DNA of 64,000 nucleotides from Schmidtea nova (Eukaryota): NCBI GenBank assembly GCA_044892505.1, contig CM097883.1, positions 292,454,001 to 292,518,000 of the forward strand, read 5' to 3'. Shown piece by piece: positions 1 to 12,944 of this stretch (position 1 is its first letter; each line of letters starts with the position of its first letter). The notes under the pieces were generated by a model. It saw only the letters and a program-made list of their open reading frames with translations, ran no database searches and was not told where the DNA came from. The position numbers and the translations under genes were made by a program.

Positions 1-885
1 TTTATTTTTATAATCATTTTATAAATATATATTTATATTATTTCTAAAAGCAAACATATTTAGTAAATCTTATTAGTAATTATTTTAATTAATGTTTAGT
101 AATAAAAGATTTTTAATTAAAGCATTTTAAGTAAAACAATTATTTTAAACAGACTATTTTAGTCATAACTTTATGTAATTTAATTAATTTTTTTTCTCTT
201 TTTTTAATAAATTTAAATTAAAGTTTAGAAAATATTTTTAAATTTTCGCATTTCAACGAAAACAAATAATTTAAACAAATTAATTTAATAATAATTTTAG
301 ATAATAAATTAACTTTTCTCTTTTGCAATTAATTTATTTAAATTTTAGCTTTAATTTTTGAATAATCGCATTTAAAGGAAAACAATTTATTTAAACAAAT
401 TAGTTTATTAATTTGGAATAATATTTGTAAAAGTTAATAAAGAAATTTGAAATAGAATATATTTTATTTATCCAATTTATATAAATTTTTATAATGATTT
501 ACATGATAACTACTTTAAATTTTATATTAATTATATAAAATTCATAAAATTCTAATTTCTAGGCAAATTTATGAAAATACACAATTTCATTGCTGATATG
601 CGATTGACTTCATTTTATGTTCTATTTGACTAAACGCATTGTTTGTTTTTTGTTTTAGGCTGCAAATCTAAATAAACTTAATTTTATGATAATTTTATTT
701 CAGTATAATATAATGTGTTGCTCGTAAATATTGAAATAATATTTTCACTATCTAAAGTAAAATTGTGATATATTTAAAAGATATTAAACCAAAATCTTTT
801 ATGATCAAGTTGTATGCGTATCAATGAACATAATGAAAAATGTGTAAATTATCGATAGAGTTTGGTATGGATCAATGCTAAAATA

Positions 886-1096
886 TGAAGAATCATCAGT
901 ACTTGAAAGAAATTCAATAATTTTTTATCGATTAATTAGGATAATAAAATGATTAATTCTTTTGCATAATTATCATTTTGATGAGATTTATGAAGAATGA
1001 TCATTACTTGAAAGAAATTCAATAAGTTTTTATCGATTAATTAGGATAATAAAATGATTAATTCTTTTGCATAATTATCATTTTGATGAGATTTAT
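886..1096. repeat. Tandem duplication, 2 x ~105 bp
   Basis: tgaagaat(c/g)atca(g/t)tacttgaaagaaattcaataa...gatgagattta occurs at 886 and 991. Confidence 0.9.
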
Positions 1097-1660
1097 TGTT
1101 ACTTACTACAATGTCTTTAGAAAACAATGTAAAGTAATCAATATATTATCGTAAACCTATAGTAATGAATGTTGATGACTTTGTAATATAAAATTAATAT
1201 CACAGGAGATTTTCATGTATTCTTTGTAATTTTAACAAATGTCAATCGAATATTACATTTTTGTCAGTAAGATTGTTTGGAAATTATATTAAAGATTGAA
1301 AAAAACTATCAATTTTTAAATAATTATTTTAAAAAGTTTTCTTTTATTTAGAATAATTTATGAAAGAATATTTATAATTTGGTATGAATTGATCATTTAA
1401 TAAAGAAATTTAAGTAAAAGAATTTATAAAATTTTAACATAATTAATTTATAATAACAATTACATGGTATTTTATAAGTCGGATTACAGTAAAATGCATA
1501 GATTTTACGATACCGACAAGGATACATAATTAAATTAATGCAAAAAATGTTTCATATTTTTATATGAATATTTGGTAATAAATTCGTTTAAATAAAGGGA
1601 TATTTTAATTCATTTTAAGAATGTAAAGCTTTGACATATCACTTATAATATCTGAGAAAT

Positions 1661-2098
1661 ATGATCCAAATGACGCTTTATACAGTAAGAACCTTGATTC
1701 TGTCACTGGGAAGTTCAAATACGAGGCTTAAATACGAGGAGTGGGTGTTACTTAGACCTAAATGTTATAGTCTTTTAGGTGATGAGAAAACTAATAAAGC
1801 TAAAGGGGCTACATTGGAGGGTACTAACATAAAGCATCAGTCGTGCCTGGACTGTTTTAATAATAACCAAATATTTTCTGTTCCCCAAACCAGAATCACA
1901 AGTAAAAGTTTTCAACTTTTTACTATTAAAAATGAAAAAACTGCACTGACAAACGCAGACGATAAAAGGAAATGGGTAGCAAAAAATAAAAGCTTGGCAT
2001 ATGGTCATTATATGGGAGGTGACTTGGTTATATTTCAACATGTCGTTCCAAGAATCAATACAGATCAACAATTCCAAGATCCACCTGGATATATCTAA
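1661..2098 (+). pseudogene. Maverick/Polinton protein-primed DNA polymerase B, C-terminal fragment
   Basis: EWVLLRPKCYS...KAKG...ALTNADDKR...SLAYGHY matches the pPolB C-terminus; homologous to the fragment at 63289-63861. Confidence 0.85.
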
Positions 2099-2218
2099 GA
2101 TAAAAGTTTTATTTAAACCTTGTTTTTTATTGTTTTCATTTATTTAGTTATATATTGTACATATTTGTTTCAGTCTGTTTTTATAATTTGAGTAATAAAT
2201 TTTAGAAACTATGGTTAT

Positions 2219-2384
2219 NNNNNNNNNNNNNNNNNNNNNNNNNNNNNNNNNNNNNNNNNNNNNNNNNNNNNNNNNNNNNNNNNNNNNNNNNNNNNNNNNN
2301 NNNNNNNNNNNNNNNNNNNNNNNNNNNNNNNNNNNNNNNNNNNNNNNNNNNNNNNNNNNNNNNNNNNNNNNNNNNNNNNNNNNN
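2219..2384. other. Assembly gap (N run)
   Basis: Run of N. Confidence 1.
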
Positions 2385-2602
2385 AGTTTAATATTTATCG
2401 TATTTGACCATGTAATTTTATGTTGTGCAGAATTTCTCATTTTCTTGAATGTTTATAATATTTTGATGAATGTTTTCATTGAACATTTATCATTGAAGTT
2501 GTTCAAAAATAAAAATAATAAATAAATAAATAAATGTAAATAATTAATTAATAAATAAACAAAAAATAAACAAAGAATCCAAAAATTAAAACAAATTAAA
2601 AA

Positions 2603-3955
2603 TGGCGCCAAAAAATGCGCGATAACTCATACGGATCCAGACAGGACACTGTCTCCTACTAAAATCATTAATGATGATTATTTTCAAGAATTATTCATTA
2701 CAACATAACCTGATTTATTGATATATTTAATGTAAATAACTTCATCCCCATTTAAAGAAATAAAGGTTGTAAATAATAGATTGGTTAAAATTACTCTTCA
2801 GAAATATATTTTAATAATAACATTTGATATAAATTTAACCAAAACTCCAGATATACAGAAACAAGCATGTACGGATACATAAATAGTCTGTTTAAAAATC
2901 CCCAAGATTTGGCAAGTCCTTTAACAAATTTTCATTTAAAGCAACATTATCGATCCATTGAACCAGTGGCTGTTTGTGATGTACGAGCTTCCCTGCTTAA
3001 ATTAATTTGGATCAAGAAATATGATCAAAGCGGTTGTAAAAATTGAAATAAAGAATCCAATTTATTTGCCAATTTCAACATCAACTATCAACAACATTTA
3101 AATAAATATTCCTGATGACATCAAATGAAGTATACAATTTACTAGAAGCAAATTACAATCTAGTTATGAATATTTCAATTTTAACCAAGAAAAGAATGAA
3201 TATGATATTAGTCACGATTCTCAGTATTACTTGATGTATGTTGATGGCATTATTCTCAATGTTAATTGTAAATAATTTCTATTTCAAATGATATTCGATA
3301 GTAACAAACAAACTCATAATTAGGATTTAAAAAAAGACTATGACTTTTAATGAAAATAATAATGATAAATTGTAATTCCTCCAGATGATAATAAAAAACT
3401 TGTTGATATTATACGATTCACTATTACGTATTTTTAATCTGTTTAATATACTGATCAATTAAGAGAAAATTTAATATTAAATTATCTTACTTTATTATCA
3501 GATCAAACTGAGAGTTTTTATCCGCATCCATTTAAATTTATTGATAGAAAAAAGGAAAATTAATTCTTAAAAATGATATAATTACGCGTAGTATTAAATT
3601 TAGTAGGAATTTGGATAATTCATTGGGAATAGTAGATCAACAATTTACAAACTAAATTATATTTTCCAGAAGTCTTACACTTCCATCAGCAAATGTTCAT
3701 CTATATAAATATTATTCAACCAATTCTTATTTGTGACATGTCTGTTCCCTTATTCAAATGCGTTTGGTTTGAATACCACAAAAAGGGGGATTTATTACAA
3801 ATTGTGTAGACAGATCCAATGTATTTACCGGTCACTTCACATTTATAAGCAATATAGAAATCAATATTCCTGACGACAGTGGAAGGAATACTTAAATTTG
3901 TGAAAGAAGACAAGACTTACTTGACATTATACTTCCGTAAAATAAATGAATAAGC
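2603..3955 (+). pseudogene. Maverick minor capsid (penton-like) remnants, possibly two paralogous segments
   Basis: Broken frames give MFIYINIIQPILICDMSVPLFKCVW...DPMYLPV...EINIPDDSG...YLTLYFRK (3700-3950) and IEPVAVCDVRASLLKLIW (~2955-3010), resembling the Polinton penton C-terminal motif. Confidence 0.65.
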
Positions 3956-4095
3956 CAAATATTATCAGTTTTTATAGAAACAGTCGATTAGGTAGAGAAT
4001 TACCATATTTTGTAGGTAAATAATATGGTACTAGCTGGTTGAAAACAAAAGGTTGATTTGCATTACCAGTTCATCGACTTGTTAAAGATTTTCGC

Positions 4096-4353
4096 ATGAA
4101 AACTGCCAATGACGTGTTAAATAATAATTCAAAAATTTTACCTGCAATAGAATCCAATGCCATTTCTGAAATTAAAGATTCATTACCTGATGTGATTCAT
4201 CATTTGCCACAAGTAATTAATAAAGTGACTGATGTGTTTAACGGAAATAAAACTGAAAATAAACAAAATGGCGGAATTCTTAAACGTAAAAGAAATATGA
4301 AGAAACATATAAACAAAAGAATTAAAGGATATGGAACAATATTTGAAAAATGA
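4096..4353 (+). pseudogene. Maverick small basic core-like protein remnant
   Basis: Immediately upstream of and overlapping the MCP start; QNGG-ILKRKR resembles an adenain-type cleavage motif followed by a basic tract. Confidence 0.5.
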
Positions 4354-5530
4354 TTAGTGCAAAATCTGAATTATGTCTTTTTGACAGACCATCTCCACAA
4401 GCAGTGATTGAACATGGTGCATTTGAAGATATTTACCCAACAAATTCCATTACAGATGCTGGAACATCATCTATTCAATTCTATATTAATGGATCTCAAA
4501 CTGAATATTTAGATTTGAACGATACTTTACTATCTTTTCAGGTCAAAGTTGTAAAGAAATCGGGTGAAAATTTAGGATTGGATGCTGATGTTACTCCCAA
4601 CAATTTCTTTTTCCAAACTCTTTTTAAAGAAGCCGAATCAATTTTCAATTTTACTAAAGTTGAAGGAGTAAATGATACATTTACACACAAAGCCATGATT
4701 GAAACTATTTTCAACTACAATAATGATACAAAACACACATCTTTAACTCTAATAGGATACAATGACCATGATCTTACTAGAAAAACATGGATTGCAAAAT
4801 CAAAGCAATTTTCAATTTGTTCTCCACTACATTTCGATTTCATGGAACAACTTAAGTACTTATTACCAGGTGTTAGTGTTCAAATTAAATTGACGAGATC
4901 AAATCCGTCCATTAGTTTAACATGCGCAAACATTGAATCTATAATTGAATTATTAGAGGCAAAGTTAATGATCAAAAGAGTAAGAGTTGAACCATCAGTT
5001 TTGGCTGGGCATCAAATTGGAATAGTTCAATAAATGCAATTTATCCAATAAGAAATAAAGAAGTTGTAGAATTTTCAATATCAATGGATTCTTCGTCATT
5101 TTATAAGGAACAAATCTTTGGTAATAGACGATCACCCAACTTTATCCTTGTTGCATTTCAGGGAAATAAAAGACATGGTGGCTCTTTAACCTATACCTAT
5201 TTTATTTACGATCATTTTAATGTAAAATAATTAACTTTATTGAAAGGAAGTGATTTTCGTAAATATTACTCTCAATAATTTAAAAATGACAATTACAGTA
5301 CTAATTATATACAGTCTATTACTTGAACAATAGTACGAATTGTGGTATTTCATTATCACCTTTGTTTTGGCATCATAATTTGATCTTAATCAAAGTCAAT
5401 TTATTCAACAGGGTAATCTAAGACTTGATATTAAATTTTGTACACCACTAGCTGAATCAATTTCAGTAATAGTATATGGAGTTTTTGAAAATGAACTGAA
5501 AATAATAGATTATCGTACAATATTGGTTTA
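4350..5530 (+). pseudogene. Maverick/Polinton major capsid protein (double jelly-roll); open to 5033, then broken
   Basis: N-terminus KSELCLFDRPSPQAVIEHGAFEDIYPTNSI...IQFYINGSQTEYLDLNDTLL is typical of Polinton MCP; degenerate C-terminus with GNLRLDIKF near 5410. Confidence 0.85.
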
Positions 5531-5769
5531 ATTAGAAATCAAACGGTTTGATTTGATTTTAAATCAAACATTATTGGTTTAATCATCATTAGTTTGACTA
5601 TAAACTAATTTTATCAATATTAAATATCAAATAAAGATTTTAATTTAATTTAAATTTAGATTTTTAATAGTTCTATTCATATTAAATATATGGCTAAAAG
5701 ATTATTGGGATCGGAATTTCTTGATGTTTTCCGTTGGATAAAAGCCTATATATTTATGTGAACTAAGCT

Positions 5770-6913
5770 TTGTTTGTCAACTCTCAATCATCAAATCTTT
5801 ATAGGGAACATTGGATTGCAATTTATGTGAAACCCGATGTAGTGCCTCAGACTTTTCAATTTAATTATGATATTAATTTAATAATTAAATTATTAAGGTA
5901 ATATTATATTAAATGATCTTTTTTTCTTTTGTTTTAATAAGCAAAAAATACACTTTTTCAACTTTCAAAGAATCATTGCCGAAACATTTCAAGTTATTCC
6001 AATTATCGAATGTGCTCTACAGCTCGGTACAATAACTGATAAAGTCGGGAAAGACAGAAGAGTAGTCAACATGAAATCAAACTTCGTATATTTCAATATA
6101 AAAGTCGATAGTCGATTTCACATGGGTGATGTAGTAATGGAAAACAAAAGCATTCGTACTAAACTATAGTATCTATTAGCTCTTGTTTACAAAACAGACA
6201 ACAGTCAACAATTCTGTTTTGACGGAAGACAGCTTTTTATTATATTAAAAGTGCACCTAAGCGAAGATGCTGAAAACTGTACAATCAACAATGTTGAAAT
6301 ATCGATATAATTGTCAACTACAATTTTGAAGAATTCCAAAGAATATTTCCAATTGATCCATATTGTCTTTAACAATATCAAGAGACAGTTTTTTATGACC
6401 TTAAACTCAGATAGTGTAGGGATCAGATTTGTACCGAGCTTTCTAACAATCGATAACGTCGAGAGATTACGAGGATATTCTACTATAATTACGAGAGGAA
6501 CAAACGAGAATAGAACAGCATCAACTTTATTGTACCGTACAAGAATTAACCATGTTCTCAATGAAAACATTTTCATGTCAGTTTATAGACCTGATCAATT
6601 CAATCTATTGATCGGAAGAGCTATCATAACGAAATTCAACAACAAGAAAACGAAATCTGTAGAATAGAATATAATGTATTAAGTTCTTAATCTTTTTCTT
6701 TTCCTAAACCTGGTAAAATTAAAATCAATGGGTTTTGATTCGATGGGGTTTTACTATGAACCGCTATTGATTAAAAAATTACCTTCAATGCTAATGTCAG
6801 TTGAATATAACAGAATCCGATACCAGAATTCTATGACAAAAACATATGGTCAGCAATGTTTATCGTGGCTAATAAAAATGTTTTATAAATTAATATTTAA
6901 AAATTTGTATTAA
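5770..6913 (+). pseudogene. Adenain-type cysteine protease of Maverick, split by ~0.85 kb of unrelated sequence
   Basis: VNSQSSNLYREHWIAIYV (~5777-5830) and FDSMG...YNRIRYQNSMTKTYGQQCL (6734-6865); the expected catalytic Cys appears as Tyr. Confidence 0.7.
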
Positions 6914-7264
6914 TTATTTTTATTATTTTTAAGTAAACATTTTCCTGAAATATTTTACGTTACGGTAATTTAGTTTATGTATGTTTGTGTTCTTAGGTTT
7001 TTGGCGTATTGTGTATCATTTAATAATGATGTATATAAACGAGAAAAAGTCATTTGACAATCACTTTTTACAACAACCCAACTTTGGTAAGTGAATTTTT
7101 TGTTTAAAAGTTTTTAATTATTAATAATGATTTAAAATAAAAATTACTAATATTGTGAGGCTCTGCGTTTTGGTACCCCATTCTGTGTTTCCTTTAATTC
7201 GGTACAAGATAAAATAGAAATAAAATCCAATCGAAATATTTATTATCCAATAAAATTGTTTCTT

Positions 7265-7432
7265 CTATTTAAATAATTTTTCATCCAAATCAGGCATCAT
7301 GAATGGACAGTGGCAATATTTCAATTCCATATTGTTTGGTAAATTACGATCACATTTGCATCGATAATCATTATATGCTGCCGAAACTGTTGTGATAAGA
7401 ATGATTAGAAATAAGAAGAAAATTGTGTTCAT
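7265..7432 (-). CDS. 55-aa putative secreted Cys-containing peptide
   Basis: Hand translation MNTIFFLFLIILITTVSAAYNDYRCKCDRNLPNNMELKYCHCPFMMPDLDEKLFK*; hydrophobic signal ending VSA/AA; ttttacag acceptor directly before the ATG; below the ORF-track cutoff. Confidence 0.6.
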   Translation of the reverse strand: MNTIFFLFLIILITTVSAAYNDYRCKCDRNLPNNMELKYCHCPFMMPDLDEKLFK

Positions 7433-9287
7433 TCTGTAAAAAGTGAGTATACATTGTAATTTGAATTTCTGTAAGATTTTACTTTTTTAAACAAACACTT
7501 TATAAATATGTCGATATTTTTAATTTAATATAGATATGTATATGTAATTAAAATATATATTAAAATTAGTTAAAATATAAATAAACATATATATGACGGA
7601 GGCACTACAAATATCAATATCAGATATGATAAAATCAGAATTAATGTCAATTATCGGTAAACTTGTCAAGAATTTTAAAGAAAACTTGAAAATCAGTATG
7701 TCAACAAATAAAGGAGAAACGTAAAAAAAAGAAAATAAAATGTAAGAATTTTTTAATTGAATAAATATACCTTTTAAGATAAACAATTTATTTACTGTAT
7801 AAATTTATTATTTGAATTTTTATTATTGTAAAATTGAATTGAATATTTAAATAATGCATTATTTCAATTATTTAAATATTTTATTAATTTCAATTTTTAA
7901 GTAAAATCAACAATATAAACAAACTCATTTTTTAAATAATTACTTGTTAATTTAAAATATTCGCTAATAAGAAAGTTTAACGCTGGATAATATTTTCTAA
8001 TAAAAAATTAAAAACAAAATATGAAAAATAAATTTTTATTCATTCACAAATAATTGTTTTGATAATCTTCCATACCGGTTTTACTACATCATGCGACTCG
8101 TTAAATCTTTTAATCAATATATTCATTCGATATTTTGAATTCTCATCAACATTTTTCAATTTGCAATCTTTATTACAATACATATATGTGAAACTTTCAT
8201 TATATTGTATTTATTTATTGATTATAACTAAGATTTCTGATGTATTTCTTCTATAAATATCTCCAATTTTCCCCTTTTCATATTTTACAAGCATTGCTTC
8301 AATGTACCTGGTTCCTAATAATAACACTGGTCAACAAAGTTTTTTTCAGCTGATATCATTATGTCTCTCTAATTAATTCGAGCATGCTGAATCCAAAAAT
8401 CGCATTAGTTTTTATCTTATACGTCCCAATTTCTAGGAATATTCGAAAAACACTTTTAGTGTAAATGCTGCTTTTCGTATAGAGAAATATAAAACATGAC
8501 ATGAATAAGATATGGCTCCTGTTTGTTAATAAAATGTGGAGCTGATTCCGTTTCAGGCATAAAGTCATCATCGTCATTTTCTTTGTTTGATTCGTCTAAT
8601 GTATTTGGAGAGGGCAAGAGGTTGAATACACTTGGTGGAGTTGGAATAGGCAGACTGTCACTGTGAGGTACTGGCAACTTTGCTGAGTCACAAATTGGAT
8701 ACATTATTTTGTCCTTTGTCTTCTAGAGAATGTCCCTCGATTTTTGTTGAACAAAAATGGCAGTCGGTGGTATGATCTTGTGACTCCTTCCATATCATAG
8801 GAATGGCAAATGGCATGCCAGTTGGTCTTTTTTCATCCAGCCATTTAGTCAAACACATGTAGCAGTTGGTGCAACTATACTTAGGCGCAAGGTTCCCTCT
8901 AAGCTGCGCGCGTGCGCGACCGCGCATCAGTTTTAGAAGTTCCGCGCAGTGATTACAACCTAGCGCGCACTCCAAAAATCATGAGATCAAAAAATATTTT
9001 TACTATTTGAAATTAATTTGAATTTTCGAAAATAAAAACAAAAATAAAATTTAAATTGTACCAATGTTCGCACGGAAAGAACAGTGACGCCTACAAAACT
9101 CGCGAATCCCCACTACAACCCTTGATCGGCCATTTATGATTGGGCTATTCTGTGGTTGGGCGTACTGCAAGTACTGAGTCTACGTTTCAGTAGTCAATAT
9201 TACCTCGAAGAGAGTAGTTCGCTTTGAATTTTTGAAGTCAACTGTATTTTGTTGCGTACGCGTCATTCTTTCATTCATTTATTGGAG

Positions 9288-9605
9288 TTATTGGATTACT
9301 TTCAGTTGTAAGCTACAACTAAAAGTAATCCAAGAACTAGAATAAATGATTTTTTTTAATTTGCCGAGGTAAAATTCACCTTTAGAATTCGCTTCAGTGC
9401 AAATTTTACAAATTACATCATTCGTATTGCTGCGATATTCAAAAATGTCTCTGAGTTTCACTGTTGAAATTTGCGATGATTTTGATAATGGCATTTTGGT
9501 TTCAATTGACAAAGAAAGCCATTCAAGTTTGAATTCCTCACATCTTTTCTTGTTTTGTGAGGTCCTCGATGATATCTTAAAATGACTTGCTGAACGTTTT
9601 GACAT
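9288..9605 (-). pseudogene. hAT transposase N-terminal zinc-finger fragment, inverted relative to the rest of the gene
   Basis: EEFKLEWL...VICKIC resembles the TTF-type finger of ZNF862/C17orf113-like hAT transposases. Confidence 0.6.
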
Positions 9606-9656
9606 CTAGGGTAAAAATATTGTTTAGCGATAGTGTGTGTATATATAATACTAACA

Positions 9657-9719
9657 GCACAACTATATACAACTATAATAGTTACAACTTGTAACTATTA
9701 TAGTTGTATATAGTTGTGC
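9657..9719. repeat. Perfect palindrome, 31-bp arms around a single C
   Basis: gcacaactatatacaactataatagttacaa-c-ttgtaactattatagttgtatatagttgtgc. Confidence 0.97.
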
Positions 9720-10762
9720 CTTTAATTAAAGAAATCGAAATCCTTTTAAGAACAATATATACCATGTTTAGTAGGTCATCTGTAAAAATTGTAAAACTTA
9801 AAGAATTAGCTGATATTTTTGATATCGGTGTTATATCGTTCAGGCCTCTCAATGAAGTAAGATGGCTATCAAGATATTCTGCACTAAATGCTCTAATAAG
9901 AAATTATGATGTGTTAATAAATTACTGCACAGAGCAAGTTGAGGAATCTAATGATCCCATAAGCAAATACTGTTTAAAATACCTTAAAGATCTAAAATAT
10001 CGAGTAGCATGCATGATACTTCATAATGTATTCGGAGAATTGGCAAACTTAAATAAAATTTTGCAAAGGAGTAATTTAACATAGATGGAAGCTCACCAAT
10101 TTGCAAAGGCTAAATTAAATAAAATAAGAACGCATTATTTAAGCGAAGTAGTTTCCTGGAATGTGGAGGTGCAGAACATTTTAAATCAACATAATATAGA
10201 TACATCCGCAATTCTTCAATTTATACGATTACTTTGCATTCACTTAGATGATAGATTTCCCGATGAAAATATAAAAGAGTGGAATTTTTTGAACCTTATG
10301 GAGATGAGAAATAATTTGAACATAGAGAATGGAAAAGATAGCATAAAACAATTATGCATGAAATATCAATCTATAATCAAAACCGACGATGAAAATTATT
10401 TATGCAAAATATTGGAAGAATATACCGATTTTAAGTTTTTAATTAATGAAGAAAACAAAGCTGGTTGTATAGAATCATTCAATGATTTAATAATGTATGC
10501 TCTGAAAAACGAAGAATTTAAGAAAATTTCAGTTCTCTACGATATTTGTGGAACATTTCAAGCTTCAAGTGCGGACTGTGAGCGTGGATTTAGCTTAATG
10601 AACGCTATCAAATCTAAAACACGCAACAAATTAAATATTGAACATTTAGACAATTTAATGAGAATTAAATCTTGTATATTGCAAGAAATAAAGATTGACC
10701 TGGATGAAGTGTATAATGTTTGGGTTCATCGTAAAGAACGACGTGAAAAACTAAACTTATAA
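9704..10762 (+). pseudogene. hAT transposase C-terminal half with in-frame TAG at 10082-10084
   Basis: EVRWLSRYSAL motif and dimerisation domain ASSADCERGFSLMNAIKSKTRNKL. Confidence 0.9.
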
Positions 10763-11902
10763 AAATAATAAAAGTTATATTGATTTTGTTATGTTTAAAT
10801 TATATTTGAAGTAATTTTTCGTGTTTTGATTTCATATTTTTTTAGAAAACAATAAATAAGATATGTTTCTGATGTATTATTTTGAAATGTAATATTTTTC
10901 TTTTTTATCTATGTTTATAATAAAAGAACTATTAAAGAACCATTTTTGTTATATCGTTGCTTTTTTATATGAATAAATAATAAAATTTATTAAATAATGC
11001 TTATTTTATTTTTATAGAATAAATTAAAATACAAAATTTTCAAATATGATATCGAAGTTTGTATAAGTGTAAAAATTATGTTGCGCAGTTTGTAATTTCT
11101 CCTGCTCAGCCTTTTTATTTTCCGCGCAGAGACCCTCTCGTCTTAGAAGGAGCGTTGCTTAGGCGTACATTTTTTGCCTTGATTTCCCACCTTGAATCCA
11201 AAATATAAGTCGTAAGCAGTAAGAAATTTTGAATTTATTTTTCTCTTCTGTCTTTTAGTGACATAATGACCACAAGTGTAACAGAAACTAATTGAACTAT
11301 TTCTACAAGATCGTCTGCAGATTGAAGACATCCTGCAATAAAATACAGATAGGATCTAAATTCTGCCTTATTTTTACTGTAAATTGAATATAAATATAAA
11401 CTTACATTTACGCAATTTAAAAAAGGAATATTTGAAATTGAAAGTGTGCGAAAACTATAGCTTAAAACTGATTTAAGATAAAAAAACAAAATATAAATTT
11501 CAGAAGAATCTGGACGTGTAGGATCAAAATTTTTTTAAAAATTTCTACTAAATGTTGGGCCAGCCAAATAGAGGGAAAAGTGAAATAAAAGTGGAATAAT
11601 TAAAACAAAAAGAGAAAAATAAGGTAAAAAGGGGAATATTAATTTGTTAAAAGAAAAGAGTAATATAGTTAAAATATAGATAAATTAAGAACAAACTATA
11701 AATAAAAATAAATGAATTTCTAGATATTAACGGGCCCAGGAGACATCTAAAAACAAATAAAATACAAATAATAATAATTAAAACCAAATAAAAGTACTTG
11801 TTATTGAATAATTGTTTTTGAAACCCAGACCTCCGAGGAAGAATACAATCTAAAAAAAATAAAAATTAATTAGAATCAAAAATAATAATCAAACCCACCA
11901 TG

Positions 11903-11982
11903 AAATTGGCCAAACTTGATTGGTCAGTCTAGACCCGACTGATCAGTATAAATACTGATCAGATTTTGAACATAATCAGATT
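11903..11982 (+). promoter_or_regulatory. Putative LTR core promoter: two ATTGG (CCAAT) boxes, TATA box, Inr-like TCAGAT
   Basis: TATAAATA at 11947 inside the near-palindrome ctgatcagtataaatactgatcag (11939-11962); TCAGAT at 11976, 29 nt downstream. Confidence 0.55.
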
Positions 11983-12944
11983 GTTAAGATTGAAATTGTT
12001 AACCCCAGACTAAGTTGAGTTACATAGCATAACCAGACTGAGATCAACAGCTTGACAGAATTTTTCAACACTACAGATTAATCTTTGACCGAATTTTGTT
12101 ACAAGTAGACAGACTGAAATCAATATTCAAAATTCGATAAGCGAAAAACAGCAATCTATAACCGGATCAATTAGGTACTTTGGTTTCATTTTCGTTTTAT
12201 TATTTTTGTCATTCGATTCATGTTGATCATTTATATGTATTTATATATTAGAAATAAATTTTATTAACATAATATCGAATTTTTCATCATATTAATTTTG
12301 CGCCGATTGGGAGCTTTAGGTTCCCAAGGTGTCAGTCCGTGGCGTGGTGCTCGAGGGCTCCACACACGGTAAAGTAATAAATAACAAAATACGATTTTTA
12401 GTAGTTGAAGAGATTTGCACATGGGACACCCAACGAATCCGGGGAATTATTTTCCGATCATTTTAGCTATAGAGGAGGCGATTTTCAGATAAAGTCTAAC
12501 GATGTAGGATAGGAAAGAATTTTTTTTTTTTTTTTTTACTGTGAGGAGGCACAATTTTTCACCCTCACCACAGCACAGTCACTAAATAAACATCTAATCA
12601 ACCGTAGAAAATTATGTCGACCGCATTTGATACGAAAGGGGCGTTTTTCCGGGTAAGCTAGGAGGTACATGATGTGAGAGAGTTTCCGTTTTGAGATACA
12701 AATGTTTCGAGGTCCACGCAGACAAATCACCAATTTTCGACTATATTATTGATCGTAAACTGATAAATCTAAGCAGACACGAGAGTAATGTATACCGTAA
12801 CGAGCAACAGTTTTTTCTTGATTTCAGTTAAGGTCTAAGCCGAAGGCAAATAATAAAGGCATCACGATGAGAGATAACATCTACTATAATTAATTATTGA
12901 TTTAAATTGTTAACTATTATAAAATTCAGCATCGTTCTAGTATC

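Larger units (their letters stand above)
8888..11157 (+). mobile_element. hAT DNA transposon, 2.27 kb, with internal inversion and deletion
   Basis: Imperfect 16-bp TIR caaggttccctctaag / cttagaaggagcgttg; exact 8-bp TSD CTTAGGCG at 8880-8887 and 11158-11165. Confidence 0.92.
8456..11331 (-). pseudogene. Chapaev3 transposase N-terminus interrupted by the hAT element
   Basis: Removing 8888-11157 plus one TSD joins ...FGFKVGNQGKKCTPK to YSCTNCYMCLTKW...MPFAIPMIWKESQDHTTDCHFC in frame. Confidence 0.8.

Noticed and set aside
2144-2525. ORFs spanning the N gap, also 43408-44425
   Set aside because: Artefacts of translating N runs
11457-11530. ~75-bp sequence repeated at 40538-40612 as a long target duplication of the LTR element
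   Set aside because: Neither copy abuts an LTR; both lie in the Chapaev3 subterminal region, so it is an internal repeat of that element
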